Below, piece after piece: positions 44,335 to 55,756 of a stretch of 64,000 nt of DNA. The stretch's first letter is position 1. Each line of letters begins with the position of its first letter. The notes under the pieces were generated by a model. That model was not told where the DNA came from and searched no databases. It worked only from the letters and a program-made list of their open reading frames with translations. Origin of the DNA: an uncultured Myxococcales bacterium (GTDB taxonomy: Bacteria > Myxococcota_A > Polyangia > Fen-1088); assembly GCA_964546845.1 (NCBI GenBank), contig CAZJMY010000424.1:23672-87671 (forward strand), written 5' to 3'. The position numbers and the translations under genes were made by a program.

Positions 44335-44616
44335 GTGAACTCTCGGGACAAGAGCGAGCTCGGTGCTCGCCTGAAGAGGATCGCTGGCCAGGTGGCCGGG
44401 ATTCAGCGCATGCTCGACGAGGATCGCTCGCTGCTGGAGGTCGTCACCCAGCTGAGCGCAGTGCGCGCCGCTCTGGGAGGCGTCGCGAACATCATCGTAG
44501 GTGCCCACGTCGAGGAGCGCATCAACAAGATGCTGGCCAGCGACGATGCGCGAGAACAGCGGGCGCTGGTCAGCGAGCTGGTGGGCTTGTTCGAGAAGCG
44601 CCATCGCGACGTGTGA
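44335..44616 (+). CDS. CsoR/RcnR/FrmR-family (DUF156) metal-responsive repressor lacking the canonical Cys ligands
   Basis: GTG start in frame (93 aa). LKRIAGQVAGIQRMLDEDRSLLEVVTQLSAVRAALGGVANIIVGAHVEE. The usual Cys before the TQ motif is Leu, and the H-x3-C position reads H-V-E-E. Confidence 0.82.
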   Translation: MNSRDKSELGARLKRIAGQVAGIQRMLDEDRSLLEVVTQLSAVRAALGGVANIIVGAHVEERINKMLASDDAREQRALVSELVGLFEKRHRDV

Positions 44617-45304
44617 CGGCCGCGGGCAACGGCTCACGAAACAGATCACCCTTCGATCAATTCGGAAAGCCTCGGCGCGCATCACGACCTCGAGAGAGCG
44701 AAGTACTCGGCACAATCGGGGGGCCGGTCGCGACAGCGTCTCGGTCTGGGCTGGCGTCAACCCAACGCGACGACGGATCGATAGAGCAACTGGCGATGAT
44801 GGCCAAATCACACCATCCCTTAGCCAGGACGATGCACCATCGGTTGTCGCCCATTTGAGATCTCCAAATGGCATTGAGTCGCGCGATGGAGCGGGGAGAA
44901 GGCCGCCGAAGAAGCTCCCGCGCGCCCGACGCAGGTCAACACGCACGCGCACGAATCGCACAGCGCAAGCTTGCGTGGCGAAGAATGTGCGCGCTTTCTC
45001 GCCGTAACCGGCGCGGTCACACGAGTGTGCACAGTCGATGCCAGCAGGAGCGAATCCCCGTAGACGCAGATCGTTCGTCGGGTCAACCGTGCGGGCATAC
45101 CCCGCTGCCGCGTCGGGAGTCGAGCCCGAAAGCACAGGGAATCGTCAACGACACCTCCGGTCTGCGGAACAGCGGATGCCATTGGTCCAACCGCGAGCAG
45201 GCTTGCCGAAGCGCGACGGTGATCGTGCCGTAACCCTACCGGCTACGGGGCCAGAACGCGTCCTTTGAGCCTGTGGCGCGGTCGTTGCTTCGAGGAGTCC
45301 CGTG

Positions 45305-46594
45305 ATGCACACCAAGTCGATCTCGCGCAGACGAAGTGCCGGCGCCTCGGCGTTCGTTGCGCTTCTCCTCGCATCACCCGCCGTGGCGCACGCGCAAGGC
45401 GTCGCCAAGCTCGATCCCCTCGTCGAGGAAGCCGTCAGCCATCATCCCGCGGTCCGGAGCGCCGAGCGGATCGCCGGCGCCGCGGCCGAGGTCGTCTCGC
45501 GCGAGGGCTCCCTCCCTGACCCGATGCTGTCGGGCGGCGTGCGGAATCTCCGTGTGGACAGCCCGCGACTCAGCTCCGATCCCATGAGTGGTGTCGAGAT
45601 CGCCATTACCCAGGACATCCCGTTTCCGGGGAAGCGCGCTCGGCGCGCGAGGGTCGCGAGCGCGAACGCAGATGTGGCTCGACGCGACGCCACGGCCGTC
45701 GCGGTCGGTGCGGCGCTGCGTGTGCGGCAAGCCTATTGGCGCCTTCGCTTCGCGGAAGAGGCAGAGCGGATCACGCGCGAGGGTGTGGACATTCTCGCCC
45801 ACCTCTCCGAGATCACGAAGGCGCGCGTCTCCGTGGGGCAAGCTGCGCAGCAGGACTTCTTCCAGGCGGAGGTGGCCCGCGGGCGGGCCGTCGGGATGGT
45901 GCAGGAGCGGGCGCAAATGCTCGTCACCGCGCGCCGAGAACTCAACAGCGCCGTCGGGCGCCCACCGGAGACGCCCGTCGGGCCCACAGAAGCACCATCC
46001 GAACCTCCGCCTCTGCATCCTTCGATGATCACGGCGGCGGCCGCTCGCGCAAATCCTGAACTCCTGACCATGATCGCGCGCGCCACCGCCGCCTCTCGCG
46101 CCGTCGAGGAAGCCAGATACGATCGCTGGCCGGACCTCCAGGTCGGCGCCAGTTACATGTTTCGTGCCGCGGTTCCTGGAGATCCCGCCAACGGCGCCGA
46201 CATGTTCAGCGTCGGGATGGGCGTGACGCTGCCCTTCTGGATCGCACGCAAGCAGGACGCACACCTGCGCGAGGCTCGTGAGAGCCTCGCCGCGGCCGAA
46301 GCAGGCATCGACACGAGCGCCCTCGTCGCCGCCACGGCCGCGCAGACCGCGCTCGACGTGGTCGAGCGGCTCACCCGCGAGATCGCGTTGTTCGAAGACG
46401 AGGTGACACCAAATGCTGAGCAGGCGGTCGCGACCGGGACCGCTGACTATCGCGTAGGCAAAACCGCCTTCGTCTCACTCTTGCAAAGCTGGCAAGCGCT
46501 GCTCGATGCGCAACTCGACTCCGCCCGGCTCCGTTCCGAGCGGGCGCAGGCGCTCGCCGAAATTCAGGCGCTCACCGGAGAAGCGGCGCGGTGA
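45305..46594 (+). CDS. cusC: TolC-like outer membrane factor
   Basis: Signal peptide ending AVAHAQG. OMF repeat architecture. GTGA overlap with the next gene. Confidence 0.87.
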   Translation: MHTKSISRRRSAGASAFVALLLASPAVAHAQGVAKLDPLVEEAVSHHPAVRSAERIAGAAAEVVSREGSLPDPMLSGGVRNLRVDSPRLSSDPMSGVEIAITQDIPFPGKRARRARVASANADVARRDATAVAVGAALRVRQAYWRLRFAEEAERITREGVDILAHLSEITKARVSVGQAAQQDFFQAEVARGRAVGMVQERAQMLVTARRELNSAVGRPPETPVGPTEAPSEPPPLHPSMITAAAARANPELLTMIARATAASRAVEEARYDRWPDLQVGASYMFRAAVPGDPANGADMFSVGMGVTLPFWIARKQDAHLREARESLAAAEAGIDTSALVAATAAQTALDVVERLTREIALFEDEVTPNAEQAVATGTADYRVGKTAFVSLLQSWQALLDAQLDSARLRSERAQALAEIQALTGEAAR

Positions 46595-48042
46595 GTGACG
46601 AGAGTAACAGAGAGGATGCGAGGAAAATGACCACGACGACAACGCCTGTCTCAGGGATACATTGGTGGAGCCGCGTGCACAGTGTCGGCGCCCTTTCGAT
46701 TGGCGCGGTCCTGCTCGTCGCGGGCATCGCGATCGGCGCGAGTCTGAGCCACATCGGCAGACGGACGGTCGCGGGTGTGGGCGTACCGACCCAGAAAGAG
46801 ACAGCCATGGGACCAGCCGTCACGGCATCGGACCCTGCCTCGCCGCCGACGGCGACGAAGCCCGTCACTCGCGTCAAGATCTCTCCCGAACGCCAGCAGC
46901 TCATCGGTGTTCGGACGGCGATCGTGGGCGCCTCAGTTGCGGAGGGGACGATCCGCACCGTCGGCATCCTCGCCTACGACGAGACCAAGGTGACCGAGAT
47001 GCATGCCAAGGTGGCGGGCTGGGTGGAGAAGGTCAACGTCGATTACGTCGGCAAGTCGGTGCGGAAGGGCGATCCGCTGCTCTCGCTCTACAGCCCTGAC
47101 CTGGTCGCCGCCCAGCTCGACTACCTCGTGTCACTGAAGAGCGTGGGAGGGAAGGTTGCGACGCCGACATCGGTCGGCCGACACCTCGACCATTCGCTCA
47201 CCGAAGCAAGCCGGATGCGGCTCAAGCTGCTCGACATGACGGACGCTCAGATCGCAGACCTCGAGCGGACGGAGCGTCCATCCAGGACTGTGACGCTGTA
47301 CTCGCCGTTCTCCGGCGTCGTGATCGAGCGCAAGGCTTTCTCCGGGCAGTACATCACGCCGGATATGGCGACGGTGAAGATCGGGGATCTCACGACGATC
47401 TGGGCGATCGCCCAGGTGTACGAATACGAGATCGGCAAGGTGAAGATCGGTGACGTCGCGGAGGTTCAGTTCCCCTACGAACAGGCGAAGCCGGTGGCGG
47501 GACGAGTGAGCTTCATCTACCCGGACGTCGATCCGCATACGCGCACGGCGCGGGTCCGCGTCGCGTTCCGCAACCCGGGCGTGAAGCTCAAGCCGGAATC
47601 GTTCGTGACGATCACTCTTCACGCCGCGGGTAAGTCTCGGCTCTCCGTGCCGAGAGAAGCGGTGATCGACACCGGCCCCAGGCAATACGTCCTGATGGCG
47701 CTGCCCGACGGCTACTTCGAGCCCCGAGACGTCTCGGCCGGCGAGCCCGAGGGTGACTCCATCCCGATCTCGGCTGGCCTCGTCCCTGGCGAGCGCGTGG
47801 TCACGTCGGCGCAGTTCTTGATTGATTCGGAGACGAACCTCCAGGCCGCGATGCAGTCGATGTCGATGACGATGCCTGGAATGAAGACGGACGAGAAATC
47901 CCCCGGGGACGACATGAGGGGGATGGACATGAGCAAGGGGACCGGCACGAAACCAAGCTCTGCACCAGTGCCTGGAGACGACATGAAGGGAATGGACATG
48001 GGGCCTGCCACGCCGGCGCGAACGGGAACGGATCGCAGATGA
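46591..48042 (+). CDS. cusB: RND membrane fusion protein with Met-rich C-terminal tail
   Basis: MFP core (GTIRTVGILAYDETKV...LYSPDLVAAQ...). Tail with MQSMSMTMPGM and a duplicated GDDM(R/K)GMDM. ATGA overlap with the RND gene. Confidence 0.9.
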   Translation: MSDESNREDARKMTTTTTPVSGIHWWSRVHSVGALSIGAVLLVAGIAIGASLSHIGRRTVAGVGVPTQKETAMGPAVTASDPASPPTATKPVTRVKISPERQQLIGVRTAIVGASVAEGTIRTVGILAYDETKVTEMHAKVAGWVEKVNVDYVGKSVRKGDPLLSLYSPDLVAAQLDYLVSLKSVGGKVATPTSVGRHLDHSLTEASRMRLKLLDMTDAQIADLERTERPSRTVTLYSPFSGVVIERKAFSGQYITPDMATVKIGDLTTIWAIAQVYEYEIGKVKIGDVAEVQFPYEQAKPVAGRVSFIYPDVDPHTRTARVRVAFRNPGVKLKPESFVTITLHAAGKSRLSVPREAVIDTGPRQYVLMALPDGYFEPRDVSAGEPEGDSIPISAGLVPGERVVTSAQFLIDSETNLQAAMQSMSMTMPGMKTDEKSPGDDMRGMDMSKGTGTKPSSAPVPGDDMKGMDMGPATPARTGTDRR

Positions 48043-51000
48043 TCAAGAAGCTGATCGCGTTTTCGGCGCGGAGCCCGTTCGTCGTCGTCCTATTGATGGT
48101 CGTCATCGTGGGCGCCGGCGTGTGGGCGATTCGCCATACACCGATTGACGCGATCCCGGATCTCTCGGATGTGCAGGTCATCGTGACGACTAACTGGGAG
48201 GGCCGCAGCCCGACGCTGGTCGAGGACCAGGTCACTTACCCCATCGTGACCGCCCTGCTGTCGGCGCCGCGGGTGAAGGTGGTCCGCGGGTTCTCGTACT
48301 TCGACATCTCGTTCGTCTACGTCATCTTCGAGGACGGCACCGATCAGTATTGGGCCCGCTCGCGTGTCCTCGAGTACTTGAACGGCTTGCAAGGCCGCCT
48401 CCCGGCCGGCGCACAGCCCGTGCTCGGACCGGACGCGACCGGCGTCGGCTGGGGATTCGAATACGCGCTCGTCGACAAGACCGGAAAGCATGATCTCGCC
48501 GAGCTCCGGACGCTGAACGACTGGTACGTGCGCTATTGGCTGCGATCTGTGACTGGCGTGGCCGACGTCGCCCCGGTGGGTGGTTTCGTCAAGCAGTATC
48601 AGATCGAGATCGATCCGAACGCGCTGCTCGCCTACAACGTGCCCATCGATCGCGTGATCGCGGCCGTGCGGAAGAGCAACAACGATGTCGGTGGGCGCGT
48701 GGTCGAGTGGACCGGCCACGAGTACATGGTGAGAGGTGAAGGTTACGTCAAGAACGTGGCCGATCTCGAGCAGGTGGGCCTCGGGGCGAAGCCGGACGGC
48801 ACGCCCATCCTCGTGAAGAACATCGCACGCGTTCACCTCGGGCCGGAGATGCGCCGAGGGGTAGCCGAGCTCGACGGTCAAGGCGACGCGGCCGGCGGCA
48901 TCGTCGTCATCCGGTCGGGCGTCGACACCTACGGTGTGCTGTCCGCGATCAAGAAGGCAATCAGAGAAAAGATCCAACCAGCCCTTCCTCCGGGCGTAAA
49001 GCTGGTCACCACCTACGATCGCTCGCAGCTCATCGAGCGGTCGATCGAGACCCTCAAGGGGAAGCTGATCGAGGAGATGGCGATCGTTTCGCTGGTGTGC
49101 ATCGTCTTCCTCTGGCATTTCCGCAGCGCGCTTGTCGCGATCCTGACGCTTCCCTTGGCGCTCTTGCTCGCCTTTGTCGCCATGCGCCTCGTGGGCCTCG
49201 GTTCGAACATCATGAGCCTGGGCGGAATTGCGATCGCCATCGGCGCGATGATCGACGCCGCGATCATCATGATCGAGAACGCCCACAAGCACATCGAGCA
49301 CGCGGGCGACACGAAACCTCGGCGTGAGATCCTCATCGAGGCGGCTCAGGAGGTGGGGCGGCCGCTCTTCTTCTCGCTCCTCATCATCACGGTGTCGTTC
49401 CTGCCCATCTTCACTCTGGAGGCGCAAGAGGGCCGCCTCTTCAAGCCGCTCGCCTTCACGAAGACGTTCTCGATGGGGTTCGCGGCGCTGACCTCGGTGA
49501 TGATCGTCCCGTTCTTGATGGTGCTGTTCATCAGGGGGCGGATCCCTCGCGAGGACAGCAACCCCGTGAACCGATTACTCATCTGGGCGTATCACCCGTT
49601 CGTCAGGCTGGTCCTCCGTCATCGCGCGCTCACGCTGCTTGCGGCGGCTGTGCTCCTCGGCAGCACCGTGCCGGTGATCATGAAGCTCGGCTCGGAGTTC
49701 ATGCCGCCGCTCTATGAGGGGACGCTGCTCTACATGCCGCTCACCCTCCCGGGCGCTTCGGTGGCGACGTCGCAGCAGATCCTGGCGCTACAAGACAAGC
49801 TCATCAAGGAGATCCCCGAAGTGGCGTCGGTGTTCGGTAAGGCCGGCCGCGCCGAGACGGCCACTGACCCGGCGCCGCTCGAGATGATCGAAACGGTCAT
49901 CAACCTCAAACCCGAGTCGGAATGGCGCCCTGGGATGACCCCCGACAAGGTCGTCGCGGAGCTCGACAAGAGGGTACGAGTGCCCGGCGTCGCCAATGCC
50001 TGGACCATGCCCATCAAGGCGCGCGTCGACATGCTCTCGACAGGTATCAGGACGCCCGTTGGAATCAAGATCTTCGGGCCGACCCTCGAGACGATCAACG
50101 ACATCGGGGCGCAGATCGAGGGGGCGCTCGGTTCGGTACGCGGGACCCGCAACGTCTTTTCCGAGCGGGTCACCGGCGGCTACTACGTCGACTTCAAGGT
50201 GAGACGCGACCAGATCGCGCGTTACGGCCTCACGGTCGAGGACGTGGAGATGGTGATCGAGTCGGCGATCGGCGGCGCCAACGTGACTACGACCATCGAG
50301 GGGCGCGAGCGCTACCCGGTGAACGTACGCTACCAGCGCGCCTACCGGACCGACGTCAAGGCGCTGAAGAGGACGCTCATCGCCGCTGGCGACGGCACGC
50401 AGATCCCTCTCGAGCAGGTCGCCGACATCAGCCTCAGCACCGGACCGACCGTGATCCGGACCGAGCAGGCGCAGCTTCTCGGGTACGTCTACGTCGACGT
50501 GTCCGATCGCGACATCGGAGGGTACGTAAACGACGCCAAGCAAGCCGTGGCGAGAATGGTGAAGCTGCCGACCGGCTATACGCTGGAATGGAGCGGGCAG
50601 TACGAGTACATGCTTCGCGCCAAGGAGCGCCTCAAGGTCGTCATTCCGATCACCCTGCTCGCCGTCATCGTGCTTCTCTACTTCAACACGCGCAACGTCG
50701 CCAAGATCGTCATCGTCCTTCTCGCCGTGCCCTTCTCGTTGATCGGCGCTTTCTGGGTGGTTTATCTGCTCGGCTACAACCTGAGCGTTGCCGTCTGGGT
50801 TGGCTTCATCGCGCTGGCCGGAGTCGACGCCGAGACCGGCGTGGTTATGCTGCTTTACCTCGACGCCGCTTACGATCGCGCGAAGAGCGAGGACCGGATG
50901 AACGGCCTTCGCGATCTCCAGCTCGCAGTCGAGGACGGGGCCGTCAAGCGCATCCGACCCAAGATGATGACGGTCATGGCGATCCTGATGGGGCTCCTGC

Positions 51001-51182
51001 CCATCATGTGGAGCAGGGGCGCGGGTGCCGACGTCATGAAGCGGATAGCCGCGCCCATGGTGGGTGGGGTCGTGACGTCGTTCATCTTGGAGCTGCTGAT
51101 CTACCCCGTGATCTTCACGCTCTGGAAGAAGCGGGAAGTGCTGGCGCGGCAGCGTCAGACGAGCAATGGCGGTGAGCCGTGA
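48039..51182 (+). CDS. cusA: HME-RND efflux pump, CusA-type (1047 aa)
   Basis: TM4 signature AIGAMIDAAIIMIEN. Colinear with 15827..19636 except for that gene's insertion and extension. Confidence 0.93.
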   Translation: MIKKLIAFSARSPFVVVLLMVVIVGAGVWAIRHTPIDAIPDLSDVQVIVTTNWEGRSPTLVEDQVTYPIVTALLSAPRVKVVRGFSYFDISFVYVIFEDGTDQYWARSRVLEYLNGLQGRLPAGAQPVLGPDATGVGWGFEYALVDKTGKHDLAELRTLNDWYVRYWLRSVTGVADVAPVGGFVKQYQIEIDPNALLAYNVPIDRVIAAVRKSNNDVGGRVVEWTGHEYMVRGEGYVKNVADLEQVGLGAKPDGTPILVKNIARVHLGPEMRRGVAELDGQGDAAGGIVVIRSGVDTYGVLSAIKKAIREKIQPALPPGVKLVTTYDRSQLIERSIETLKGKLIEEMAIVSLVCIVFLWHFRSALVAILTLPLALLLAFVAMRLVGLGSNIMSLGGIAIAIGAMIDAAIIMIENAHKHIEHAGDTKPRREILIEAAQEVGRPLFFSLLIITVSFLPIFTLEAQEGRLFKPLAFTKTFSMGFAALTSVMIVPFLMVLFIRGRIPREDSNPVNRLLIWAYHPFVRLVLRHRALTLLAAAVLLGSTVPVIMKLGSEFMPPLYEGTLLYMPLTLPGASVATSQQILALQDKLIKEIPEVASVFGKAGRAETATDPAPLEMIETVINLKPESEWRPGMTPDKVVAELDKRVRVPGVANAWTMPIKARVDMLSTGIRTPVGIKIFGPTLETINDIGAQIEGALGSVRGTRNVFSERVTGGYYVDFKVRRDQIARYGLTVEDVEMVIESAIGGANVTTTIEGRERYPVNVRYQRAYRTDVKALKRTLIAAGDGTQIPLEQVADISLSTGPTVIRTEQAQLLGYVYVDVSDRDIGGYVNDAKQAVARMVKLPTGYTLEWSGQYEYMLRAKERLKVVIPITLLAVIVLLYFNTRNVAKIVIVLLAVPFSLIGAFWVVYLLGYNLSVAVWVGFIALAGVDAETGVVMLLYLDAAYDRAKSEDRMNGLRDLQLAVEDGAVKRIRPKMMTVMAILMGLLPIMWSRGAGADVMKRIAAPMVGGVVTSFILELLIYPVIFTLWKKREVLARQRQTSNGGEP

Positions 51183-53517
<2,335 letters not shown>

Positions 53518-53521
<4 letters not shown>

Positions 53522-53799
53522 CCCCGGAGCGACAAGATGGCGACCTCAAGCGTGCGGTGGAGCGACGCCGGGCCCGCCGCGACCGATGGCTGCGCGAGGG
53601 CGAGCGGCCGCTCGCGCGCAACCTGGCTCTCGTCGGGACGCTCGGGTGGCTCATCGTCGTCCCGGCGCTCCTCGGCGCGCTGGCGGGTCACGCCCTCGAT
53701 CGTCGCGCTGGCACCGGGGTGACGTTCACGTCCGCGCTCATCTTCGCTGGTGTTGCGATCGGGTGCTGGCTCGCCTTCAGCCACGTGAGGCGCTCATGA
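53518..53799 (+). CDS. atpQ: AtpQ (AtpI-like) small membrane protein of N-ATPase operons
   Basis: 93 aa with an Arg-rich N-terminus and two TM helices. Assigned by position between atpC and atpR. Confidence 0.65.
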
Positions 53800-54080
53800 C
53801 GATCAAGGCTGTGCTGGTCGCGCTCCTGTTCGCCTTCGGCGGGTTCGGTGTCGGTCTCGCGCACCTGGCCACACTGCGCGGCAACCTGCGCCTTTATCTC
53901 GACGGAGGGGTGCGTGTCGCGGCGGTGGCAGCTCACGTCGCCCGCCTCGCGCTCTTGGCCACTGTCTGGATCGTCGCAGCGCGCGTCAGTGGCGCCGTCG
54001 GGCTGCTCGCAGGTTTCGCCGGCTTCCTTCTGGCCCGGCTGGCCGTCACCTCCCGGATGAACATGAGGGAACGGCGATGA
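53796..54080 (+). CDS. atpR: AtpR small membrane protein of N-ATPase operons
   Basis: ATGA overlap. 94 aa with three hydrophobic segments and embedded Arg ([12 protein letters not shown]). Assigned by position before atpB. Confidence 0.65.
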   Translation: MTIKAVLVALLFAFGGFGVGLAHLATLRGNLRLYLDGGVRVAAVAAHVARLALLATVWIVAARVSGAVGLLAGFAGFLLARLAVTSRMNMRERR

Positions 54081-54751
54081 GCCGAGCTTCTCCCCTCGAG
54101 ACGGAGATCTTGTTCCACCTGGGCTCGATCCCGATTGCGCGTCCAGTGGTGACGACGTTCGCGATCACCCTCTTGCTTGGTCTCGGCAGCTGGGCGGTCA
54201 CTCGTCACATGCGGGTCGCGCCTGGTCGTTCGCAGGCGGTGCTCGAAGCGGTCGTGACCTGGATCGGCGATCAAGTGCAGGAGATCGTGCGGCGCGATCC
54301 GACGCCGTTCGTCCCGCTGCTTGGAACTTTGTTCCTGTACATAGCGGTCGCGAACTTGTCGGCGGTCCTACCCGGGGTGAAGTCCCCGACCGCGAGCATC
54401 GAGACGCCGGCGGCGCTGGCCATCGTGGTCTTCTTTGCGGCCCATGCCTACGGGATCCGGGCGCAAGGGGTGAAGCGCTATTTTGCCTCGTACCTCGAGC
54501 CCAATCCCCTGCTCTTGCCCCTCAACATCGTCTCGGAGATCACGAGGACATTCTCGCTCATGGTCCGGCTCTTCGGAAACATGATGAGCCACGAGCTGGT
54601 GCTCGGAATCGTGGCCACCATCGCCGGCCTCCTCGTGCCGATTCCCTTCATGGCGCTGGGGATCCTGGTGGGGGTCATCCAGGCATACATCTTTTCGATC
54701 TTGGCAACCGTGTTCGTGGGCGCGGCCGTAGGGGCCGTCGAGAAAGGATAG
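54077..54751 (+). CDS. atpB: ATP synthase a subunit
   Basis: ATGA overlap. Conserved stator Arg region [14 protein letters not shown]. Five or six TM helices. Confidence 0.87.
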   Translation: MSRASPLETEILFHLGSIPIARPVVTTFAITLLLGLGSWAVTRHMRVAPGRSQAVLEAVVTWIGDQVQEIVRRDPTPFVPLLGTLFLYIAVANLSAVLPGVKSPTASIETPAALAIVVFFAAHAYGIRAQGVKRYFASYLEPNPLLLPLNIVSEITRTFSLMVRLFGNMMSHELVLGIVATIAGLLVPIPFMALGILVGVIQAYIFSILATVFVGAAVGAVEKG

Positions 54752-54756
54752 AGAAA

Positions 54757-54999
54757 ATGACCGTTCAAGTGATCAGCGTGATTTGTGCAACCGTCGCCGT
54801 GTCGATCGGCGCCATCATCCCGCCTCTTGCAGAGGGGCGCGCTATCGTCGCAGCGCTGGAGGCCATCGCCCGCCAGCCCGAGGCGCAGGGGCCCCTGTCA
54901 CGGACCCTGTTCGTCGGCCTCGCGATGATCGAGACGATGGCGATCTATTGCCTCGTCGTGGCGCTGCTGCTGCTCTTCGCGAACCCCTACGCCCGTTAA
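54757..54999 (+). CDS. atpE: ATP synthase c subunit (proteolipid)
   Basis: 80-aa helical hairpin with ARQPE loop. Helix-2 carboxylate in [11 protein letters not shown] and an additional helix-1 Glu in PPLAEGRA. Confidence 0.88.
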   Translation: MTVQVISVICATVAVSIGAIIPPLAEGRAIVAALEAIARQPEAQGPLSRTLFVGLAMIETMAIYCLVVALLLLFANPYAR

Positions 55000-55018
55000 G
55001 GGCGATCCCGGATACACC

Positions 55019-55756
55019 ATGAGCGGGTGGACCCTAGTCTTCCAGATCGTGAACTTCGTGGTCCTCGCGGCCGTGCTCCGCCGTTTCCTGTTCAAACCGG
55101 TTGCCGCCATGGTTGCGAAGCGCCAGCAGAATCTGGCGGCCACCGCCGCGGAGGGGGAGCGCGTTCGCCGTGAGGCCGAGGCGCTTCGTCTCAACGCCGA
55201 CAAGGCCCTCGCCGAGGCGGTCGAGATCCGCGAGCGAGCGCTCGCCGAGGGGCGGGCGCAGATAGCGCGAGAGCGGGAGGAGACCCTCGCGAAGGCTCGG
55301 CAGGAGGCGAGCAGCACCCTCGACGTGGCCAGGCACGAGATTGATCGCGAGCGCGACAAGGCGGCCGACGCCGCCGCGACCGGGGCGTTGGATCTGGCCG
55401 CCGTGATCGCGCGACGGTTGCTCGAGCAGGTCTCCGCGACGTCGTTGGTCGACGCATTCCTCGCCCGGCTCTGCGAGCACCTCGACGGCGCCTCCGAAGA
55501 GAGCAAGCGCGCGCTGCGCGACGATCTCGGCGCCCGCGAGCTCCTCGTGGCGACGGCGCCCCCGCTCGGCCCCGACGCCGGCCCACGGTGGCGCGCGGAC
55601 ATCGCGCGGCGTCTCGGCGACGGGGTCGCCATAAGGCTCGTCGCCGACGACGCCCTGGTGGCCGGCGCCGAGCTGCGCTTCCCGCACACGACACTCTCTT
55701 TCTGCTGGCGCGATGGCATTAAGGCCGCACGCGAGGAGTTGGCGCGCCATGCCTAG
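55019..55756 (+). CDS. atpF: ATP synthase b subunit (long, 245 aa)
   Basis: N-terminal TM helix followed by an Ala/Arg/Glu-rich long helix. Assigned by operon position. Confidence 0.72.
   Translation: MSGWTLVFQIVNFVVLAAVLRRFLFKPVAAMVAKRQQNLAATAAEGERVRREAEALRLNADKALAEAVEIRERALAEGRAQIAREREETLAKARQEASSTLDVARHEIDRERDKAADAAATGALDLAAVIARRLLEQVSATSLVDAFLARLCEHLDGASEESKRALRDDLGARELLVATAPPLGPDAGPRWRADIARRLGDGVAIRLVADDALVAGAELRFPHTTLSFCWRDGIKAAREELARHA

Noticed and set aside
44194-45135. 313-aa - strand ORF spanning the CsoR-like gene and the ORF-poor gap
   Set aside because: It overlaps the well-supported regulator in antisense and has no motif and no signal. It was kept only as part of the note on the unexplained gap.
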